The notes beneath the pieces were generated by a model. It was not told the DNA's origin. It searched no databases and saw nothing but the letters and a program-made list of their open reading frames with translations. A program made the position numbers and the translations under genes. A stretch of 64,000 bases of DNA from Octopus vulgaris (lineage: Eukaryota). Positions 54,785 to 64,000 of this stretch are shown one piece after another. Numbering within the stretch: position 1 is the stretch's first letter; each line of letters starts with the position of its first letter. The stretch covers positions 12,834,001 through 12,898,000 of the forward strand of contig OX597825.1 of assembly GCA_951406725.2 (NCBI GenBank), read 5' to 3'.

Positions 54785-55489
54785 CATGCGTATATATATA
54801 TATACATACATACATATATATATATGTACTTATTTATTCTCTCTCTCTCTTTCTCTCTGACTATCTATCTAGCTATCATTTATACATTGATTTATATATA
54901 TATATATAAATGTCTAAATATAGCTTAATATTTATGCACATACTTATATACGTATGTCGCTGTCTGTCCAAACAGACGTATGCATACATTACAAAAAAAT
55001 ATATATATATGTACATATATATATGAATGTATAGTTGGAAATACATACCTACATATATGCATATATACATATATGTATATATACATATACATATATATAT
55101 ATATGTGTGTGTGTGTGTGTACAAAAAATATATATAGAATAACGCGAGCATAATCCTTCGGCAGAATATTTTTTGGACTACAAATGGTGCTACGTTATGG
55201 AGTTGTTATATTTGAATGTATACAGAAACCAGAAATATATCAAAATGCTTCTAGTCATGTCACCATTTGGGAAAATATTAAAAGATTCTCAGCCTCAAGC
55301 AAATGGTGGTTAAATTGAAGTCAAGGGGTCACTTGTTAACTCGCAGGAGATCACTGTATCAAATAGACTGTTGGATACTCTTACACAAGACAGATCACAA
55401 TGCACATCCTCCCATTGTGCTATCTTTCAAATGATGCGTCCTTGGATGCTGGGCAGGCAGTCAAAAACATGCGTATGTATGCATATGTG

Positions 55490-55556
<67 letters not shown>

Positions 55557-55562
<6 letters not shown>

Positions 55563-55875
55563 AAGTTCAAGGAGGGACAGTTCATCATCCTACTAGTCCG
55601 GCAAATATATTTTCAAATTGGTAATACTATCAAATATATGCAGATATATTTTGTATTATAATACAAAAAATTAGGCGATCAAAATACATACAAAGAAAAT
55701 TACATCAGATAAAATAAATTAAATTAAAATCATGAATATGTGAGATGTTTAAAAGATTTACAAAGGAAAAGCTTACAATCGGTCTTCTCTCCCTCCTTGA
55801 ACTTTGATATTTGCTCAATATACTGAGCCCTTCCGTATCATTTCTTGGAAAGAGTTGCACACTTTTATTATTTAA
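55557..55875 (+). mobile_element. Inverted-repeat-plus-tail insert after (TA)n
   Basis: Perfect 21-bp arms ATATCAAAGTTCAAGGAGGGA 55557-55577 / 55790-55810, tail follows. Confidence 0.65.
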
Positions 55876-55918
55876 TATAAATATATTAAATTGCGAATTT
55901 AAAGCATCTCTAACAATG

Positions 55919-56043
55919 TAAACATTCTCGGCCGCTCAAACATAGTGATCGTGTTTTATTTAAACGCCCATTTACTATCCCGCAGCAAATGGGCGTTTAA
56001 ACATAACACAGATACGCTATATAAGTGTGACAAATAATGTTTA
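55919..56043. repeat. Degenerate hairpin / old MITE
   Basis: Perfect 15-bp inner arms 55959-55973 / 55987-56001 with weaker outer pairing. Confidence 0.6.
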
Positions 56044-56388
56044 TAAACGTGTCTGTATATATATATATATAAGAGATTGTGTCTATGTGTGTATGTGTGC
56101 ATTCATACATTCATACACAAAGATAGAAGGCAGACAGTCAGTCATATACGTAATAGTTGAGCTAAACTACTATAACTTCGCTTAAAACTTTGCACTATGC
56201 AAAAGGCAGAACCCTCCCGAGGATAACTATTTGTTTTGCTTGACCTAAAACTTAAAGTAGTTTCATAATAGCCAACGTTTAACTGTTACACCAACTATTT
56301 ACTCTGCAGTACTTCATCCATTCGCCATAATACTCACTCACAATATACATACGTACATACAGATATATACATACACGCATACTTACAT

Positions 56389-56433
<45 letters not shown>

Positions 56434-56447
56434 AATATATATATATG

Positions 56448-56482
<35 letters not shown>

Positions 56483-56754
56483 GTATATATATATGTGTAT
56501 ATAAGTATATATATATGACATGTGTCTGTACGTATGTATGTGCGAGCAGGCGTATGGAGTAGGGGTCGGGGGTTTGACAGTTTTATGACCAGTGGTTTCA
56601 GTTCTGACCATTTTAATAGACCCATCTAATTTGTGAATGCTATATCTAATGGTAATCGCAAAAGTTCTATTTAACAAATTGATCTCGTTTACAATTATAC
56701 ATAGATACATAGATACATAGATATGCCCGCACGCACCCACACACACTCACATAC

Positions 56755-56788
<34 letters not shown>

Positions 56789-57207
56789 TCTTGTATACCC
56801 TGGAGAAATCATGTGAGTTGCAATTTAAAGAGTTCAGGCTTATTCTCGAAATCAAAAACAAAAAAAATTCTTTAGTAGTTCGTTGCATCGGAGTGTTTAA
56901 AAATGTCTGTCCTGATTGATGTGCAAAAGCAACGTCATACTTTGACAGTATGTAGCCAGGCTGAGGGAATTATCCAATAATGAATCAGAGAGACGGCGCT
57001 GAATGTTAACATCATTTGCATTAATTTTTATTGTTATTTTCTTTATCGTAAAGTGGTCAGATTATGAGACTTCATTGGAGAGAAGGGTGCTGGCCAAGTT
57101 TTAGTCGATTCGGATAATCGCGATCACGTGTACTGATTGGTTGGTTATATGTTAATTATTTGAGATTAATATCTCTAGGAGTACAAAAGCTATGATACAT
57201 GGTGAAC

Positions 57208-57780
<573 letters not shown>

Positions 57781-57789
57781 TATATTCTT

Positions 57790-57955
57790 TTTTTCTTTTA
57801 CATGTTTCAGTATTTACTGTGGGCATGCTGTAGCACCGCCTAAAAGGGACTTATTCTATTCTATGTAAGTCTAGTACTTATACTATCGGTCTCTTTGTTG
57901 AACCACAAAGTTACGGTGACATAAACTAACCAACATCGGTTGTCAAGCGACGGGT

Positions 57956-57956
<1 letters not shown>
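57790..57956 (-). mobile_element. SINE family A tail half
   Basis: GGGCATGCTGTAGCACCGCC...CATCGGTTGTCAAGCGA. Confidence 0.8.
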
Positions 57957-58029
<73 letters not shown>

Positions 58030-58240
58030 GTATATAATATATATATATATATATATGTATGTATAAATATAAATATAACCATGTATATATATATATATTT
58101 ATATATATATATATATATATTTAAGTAGGTGAATGAATTATCCTATGTTTATCATCAGCATGGAAAATTCGTCGAGAGTAAAGGAATTTTGTTAACAACT
58201 TCGTTCGACTCCATTCTTTCATTTATATATATATATATAT

Positions 58241-58282
<42 letters not shown>

Positions 58283-58317
58283 ATATATTTCGTATATATA
58301 AACACATATACATGTAT

Positions 58318-58353
<36 letters not shown>

Positions 58354-59419
58354 TAATTAAGGGAGAGAGAATTAGTGAGAAAGAGAGACATTACAGACAG
58401 GAGAGAGATTTGGCGAGAGCGAGATGGAAAGAAAGAACTCCATATCATTCTTGATGTATAGGCTTTGTCGTTTGACGAGCTACCGCAGTATTTGTTCTGA
58501 AAGAACATCTGTTATGGACGTGCAGTTTTAAGAACACAATAAACATCGGAAAGAGAAGAAAATTAGTCTGAGCAAGCCAGCGAAAGCGGCAGGTGCATTT
58601 CTGAATTATTCAGACGTTTCATTAGCGCCTACTCGCCGCCTTCAAAAGGATCGAAGAAAAATTCGCCGTCTCTGATAAACGTGAAAACGAACAACACATG
58701 CAGTGATGTTGCAACTAACTGCCCTGCTAGGCCCGGTGCTTGAACCCATCATGTGAAATAATAGGACACTATAGAGTACGCGTTAAGATCTTTTGAATCA
58801 ATCAAAGAGAATAATTTTTCAAATAAGAAGACAAATATATATCTTTTATATAACCGTCATGAATACTTTTATTCTAGGCCTTCATTTGCGGTTTTTATCA
58901 AGACAGAGTTTAAACTCATACTACCAGAACTAATTTACTTTGATGCGAAGAGAAAATTGCCTGAAGAAAGCTGAAGCTGAGAAAAAGCTGTTTTATTTAT
59001 ATTTCTTCTCATGGATCTGCTTGTTTTAGTTTTTCCTTCCAAAAATGGAAATAAATGCCTTGAAGCTAGTCTTCATTAGAAATGCGTTGTTTGGCTCACT
59101 GAGCAGCAAGCAGCCTCGAGATGGCTGAGACGTTCAGCACTATTGATATTCACTTCCGGTTTTATGTCGTCCGCAGACATTTTTTCCTCTTTTTTTGGTT
59201 ATCATTATCTTCAACACATTTTCCATTTTATTAAAGCAAACACTTACAAACACGCGCTCACACACTGAGAACATGCACATATATGTATATGTGCTCTTAT
59301 AGACACATAAATCCACGCATATAAACATGTTTGTATATATCGATCAATCCATACATCCGTCCATACATATATAATCTTAAACACATATAAATATATATGC
59401 ATATACATGGATTCATATG

Positions 59420-59456
<37 letters not shown>

Positions 59457-59458
59457 AT

Positions 59459-59684
59459 AGATAGATCGTTAGCCATGATAGATCGTCAGCCACTACACAC
59501 ATTTTCTTCTCGCCTTTTTTTCTCTCCTCGTTTCTCTCCTTATTTTTCTGTATTCCTTCTTGTAGAAGAGCGTAGGCTCGAAACGTTAAAGATTTTTTTC
59601 TATTCCTGAGCGTTATACTAATACATCTGTTTGTTTTGTACACCACCTGTCTTCGTCTTTTGTTTTTTTTTCGTAAACTCTCCC
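59459..59684 (+). mobile_element. Family P1 fragment with degenerate hammerhead at ~59553-59592
   Basis: CTTCT-TGTAGA-A-GAGC-GTAG-GCTC-GAAA-CG-TT-AAAGA; homologous to 8531-8747. Confidence 0.7.
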
Positions 59685-59924
59685 TATATCTGTGTATATG
59701 CCAGTGCCTGTGTTTGTGCGAAGACACGATACTGTATATCAACGTGTTTGACTTACGATCAGAGGGTCAGGATATCAATTCCCTAACCGGTTAACGGAAG
59801 CATTGTGCCTTTATTGAAGGTTCTTCACTTGATGCTTCTCTCATCTTCCTAGCTGAAAAGGAGTTCTAACCGAGCTCTAATTCAGCCCTATCACCTACCA
59901 GCTATCACATGCTTAATGTTCCAA

Positions 59925-60178
59925 TGTTCCACTGGTTGATATTTCGTTTTGTCTAGCATGCCAACGATTCTGCCTAATCTCCGCCTCATACCGTCTAATA
60001 ATATTGGTTTCAAATTTCGGTATAGAGCCGGTAATTTTAGCTTAGTGCGTAAATCGATTACATTGACCTCGAAAGGATAAAAGACAAAACTGCCCTCGGC
60101 TGAATTTGAACTCAGAAACGTAAACACGGACGAAAGTATTTTAGCAAGCCTGCGAACGATTTTTCTAGCTCACCGCTT
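59925..60178 (-). mobile_element. Degenerate SINE family B copies
   Basis: CCTCGGCTGAATTTGAACTCAGAA...CTAGCTCACCGC. Confidence 0.65.
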
Positions 60179-60193
60179 CATAGATGGAATTTA

Positions 60194-60591
60194 TCTTTAT
60201 ATATAAAAGTCAAGTTGTGTATCTGTCTCCTACGATTTAGATTCCTAACTACTCCCACATTTTGCGGTGCAGTTTAACCAAAACCGGGTATCTTATAGTC
60301 GTGATTCAATTCGAGCCCTTCTGGGTATTAGCGCGCGTCTACGATGAGTCTACGATTTTAAAAAAAACTTACCATCATTTTTTTCCATTTTAATGAATTT
60401 TTTCGCTATTATATAAGGGAAGTAACTCCCTAAAAATATATACGATGAGTCAACGATTTAAAAAAAAATTTACCATCATTTTCTTTCCATTTTTAATGCA
60501 TTTTTTTTTGCTATTTTTTGGCTGTAACTCTAAAAATGCTTATATAGTTATTTCCCTTACAAACCCGAGCAACGCCGGGCGATACTGCTAG
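60194..60591 (+). mobile_element. Non-autonomous Helitron, family H1
   Basis: A|TCTTTATATATAAAAG ... CCCGAGCAACGCCGGGCGATACTGCTAG|T; internal tandem duplication. Confidence 0.92.
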
Positions 60592-60970
60592 TATTAAATA
60601 AATGCTTTGTCTCTACCAAGAGTTGTCCTATTTTGTTTTGATGTTCCTTGTTCGTGGAATTCTTTGGAATTTTGTGTTCATGAAACGTATTTCGATATCT
60701 ACTGAAGTATCTATAATTTATTAGGGTAAGAAAGAGAGTTAATTATAATTTTATCGTAGTTTTGGTACATGATCCCCCCCGAAAAATCTATACAAGATAG
60801 CAATATATAGTTATTCACAGAAATATAGTCGTAAAGAATATAATATCTTTACACATATATATACATATATATATATCTTACACATATATATACACATACA
60901 CATATATATATATACACATATATATACACATATCCGAAATTAGAGCCTGTTGCGTTAATTGTATATAAAC

Positions 60971-61278
60971 GATTGACGTCGCCCTTTTCAAGCCTAGCCA
61001 GGCTCACAGGCCCGGTTTCCTGGTTTCTGTGGTGTATGTGTTCCCCCCACCTGGACGGGACGCCAGTCTATCGTAGCGTTACTCAAGAAACAGGAAGAGA
61101 GAAAGAAGTTGTGACAAAAGAGTACAACAGAAGTCGCCACCAGCCCCTGCCGGAGCCTCGTGGAGCTTTTAGGTGTTTTCGCTCAATAAACACACACAAT
61201 GCCCGGTCTGGGAATCGAAACCGCGATCCTCCGACCGCGAGTCTGCTGCCCTAATCACTGGGCCATTGCGCCTCCTTG
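60971..61278 (-). mobile_element. tRNA-derived SINE family C
   Basis: Homolog of 29005-29301; 13-bp TSD ATTGTATATAAAC (60958-60970, 61279-61291). Confidence 0.93.
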
Positions 61279-61959
61279 ATTGTATATAAACATTTTAATA
61301 AGGTGCTTACTGAAAATTAAACGCTACATATTTTTCAAGCTTTATGGCTTCACACAAGAGGAAAGTCTCACTCATGAGATCATGATATCGTAATTAGTTT
61401 TTCGTGATGATATCAGCTTTTTATATATTCATAGCTTCATTCATAAACAAGGATTAGGGATTAATAGACCCCTACTGGTTTCATATTTGCCACGTCAAAG
61501 TATTTTTAGATCATGTGATAACTCTAAGCAGTCACAGAAAAATAAATTTAAAAAGAAAAACGAGAGCGTAATCTTTCCAACCTTGCTTTCATTAAATTGA
61601 AGGTATTTTATACCCGGACGTGAAATCATGAGGGACTGTAATAGTAAGAAAGTTGTTAGCTTGGTGGATTATGATATCACTCACCGTTGCTCTTACTGTG
61701 CTAAGAATATATTTTACAAGAAGTCTCAAGGTGGATGTGATTAAGACAAACTTTCGTTGGGAATTTTTAAGTGTAGTTATATGTTATATATCGCATTCAT
61801 TTTTTTTTTCTCTAACACAAGACTATACATAAAACTCATATACACACGAACACACAAGAACTTATTTGGACTAACTTTATTTTAAACAGCCACTATACCT
61901 ACGCATGCGCGCAAACACACTAACACACTACAGATACGCAAGCACCACACAATTAAACA

Positions 61960-62400
61960 CACATACACATATACACATACACGCACATACATTCGTACAT
62001 ACATACGTACATACATAAGTACATACATACCTGCATTCATACATACATATGTACATACATATATACATTCATACATACATACATATATACATACATAAAT
62101 ACATACATACATTTATATATACATACATACATAAATACATACATACATTTATATATACATACATATATACATACATTCATACATGCATACATACGTACAT
62201 ACATACATACGTACATACATACATACATACATACATAAATACATACCTACATACATACATACATACATACATACACACACACATAAATACATACATACAT
62301 ACATACATACATACATACATACATACATACATACATAAATACATACATACATACATACACACATAAATACATACATACATACATGCATACATACATACAT
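61960..62400. repeat. (TACA)n microsatellite
   Basis: Directly visible. Confidence 0.97.
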
Positions 62401-62552
62401 AAATTTTTAGTCACTGCAAAATTGAATTAGCTTAACCGCTAGAAACACACTGTGACTTCAGACCGGGTATATTCTACATATTTTTATTTCAGTATGTCTG
62501 CTTGACTTAATTTCAAGTGCCTTTTCGTTTTAGCGGTATCCGACTAGCTGTG

Positions 62553-62616
<64 letters not shown>

Positions 62617-62756
62617 TGTGTGTATAATGTAGAAGCTGAATACAGAAGCAGAAAATTCCAATAGACCAAAATATTAATGTATGCTGGAGAAAGTTTCATT
62701 CGGTTTTGTAAGTTAGCTATTATGAAGATCTGTGAGAAGGGAGTTGTTGATGCGGT

Positions 62757-62790
<34 letters not shown>

Positions 62791-63233
62791 ACTATTTTAT
62801 AGAGAAATGTCTGTAATGAAATTTGACAGTAAATTCTAAGTTAGCTGCGTTGCTTTGACACCTGCATTAGAGAAAATTTCGTGTTGCAGACAAACAGACA
62901 GATCTCATTAAATTGTGAATTCCTTGACATTATGGCTGACTAAAACAATTGCTCGATAAGGACGAATATTCAGTCTTGTTTTGACGAGATGACACGCCTC
63001 TGTCCATAGCTTATTGAAAATGCCAACTTATTGTTCATCTGACAAAGGCTAACATTATCGGGTCTGGTTTTTAATGAGTTTTGAGAACGTTTAGAATCGG
63101 AAATAGTCAAACTATAGAAAGCAGGCGGTTAACATTCTTACAATGAAAATATGTGCTAGTTGTATTGTGTTTTTTTCAATTTAATGCGAGAGAATGTAAA
63201 ACGAATGTGATACAAATGAATCTTCTATCACAT

Positions 63234-63397
63234 AGGCGCAGGAGTGGCTGTGTGGTAAGTAGCTTGCTAACCAACCACATGGTTCCGGGTTCGGTCCCAC
63301 TGCGTGGCATCTTGGGCAAGTGTCTTCTGCTATAGCCTCAGGCCGAATAAAGCCTTGTGAGTGGATTTGGTAGATGGAAACTGAAAGAAGCCTGTCG

Positions 63398-63458
<61 letters not shown>

Positions 63459-63690
63459 ATGTGTGTGTGTGTGTTTGTGTGTCTGTCTTTGTCTCCCTAG
63501 CATTGCTTGACAACCGATGCTGGTGTGTTTATGTCCCCGTCACTTAGCGGTTCGGCAAAAGAGACCGATAGAATAAGAACTGGGCTTACAAGGAATAAGT
63601 CCCGGGGTCGATTTGCTCGACTAAAGGCGGTGCTCCAGCATGGCCGCAGTCAAATGACTGAAACAAGTAAAAGAGTAAAAGAGAGTAGAG
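63234..63690 (+). mobile_element. SINE family A
   Basis: Full-length copy. Confidence 0.95.
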
Positions 63691-64000
63691 TATACGTTTG
63701 CAATCCCGTTTCGTTTGTTTTCCTTGCTTAATGTTGCTGCTTATTTTATGCATGTAATAATAAATTTCCACGTTCTTTAAAGATACAGCAGAAAGGAATA
63801 TGGACTGGCAGGGAATTGATCATAATAAATGAGAAATGCAAGCGAGAAATTAACCAGTTTAAAGAAAGCTTAGTAAGTCCTGCCAAAGCCATGAACAGTC
63901 ATAGACGCGACGGCTGATTGCAGATGGATGTAAAAGCAGGTTATATTCATATTATACGGTTGTATATCCTTTTATGACTTTTATATATTAATAACCCATA

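Noticed and set aside
58532-58705. ~57-codon open frame EHNKHRKEKK...HMQ
   Set aside because: No start codon, weak splice signals, no recognisable domain
58961-58995. CTGAAGA-A-AGC-TGAA-GCT-GA-GAAA-AAGCTG-TT hammerhead-like string
   Set aside because: Two extra bases before GAAA and no stem I; chance or too decayed to call

Overview
AT-rich, microsatellite-saturated eukaryotic DNA whose repeat families look like those of an octopus/coleoid cephalopod (my recognition, not a database result). I cannot support any intact host protein-coding gene; almost all ORFs in the track are translations of (TA)n/(CA)n/(AAT)n/(GATA)n or of SINEs. The window holds four tRNA-derived SINE families, non-autonomous Helitrons, mariner and hAT remnants, CR1 and RTE LINE 3' ends, and two decayed Penelope-like elements (RT + C-terminal GIY-YIG). 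The most interesting layer is a set of short inserts in or beside microsatellites. Several carry minimal type I hammerhead-ribozyme motifs with a palindromic stem III (at least 5 sequence families, some with non-canonical cores). Others share an inverted-repeat-plus-tail architecture. One canonical hammerhead module is joined through (AAT)n to an inverted tRNA-like Pol III head, suggesting a Penelope-mobilised, ribozyme-carrying SINE. Coordinates of degenerate repeats are approximate.
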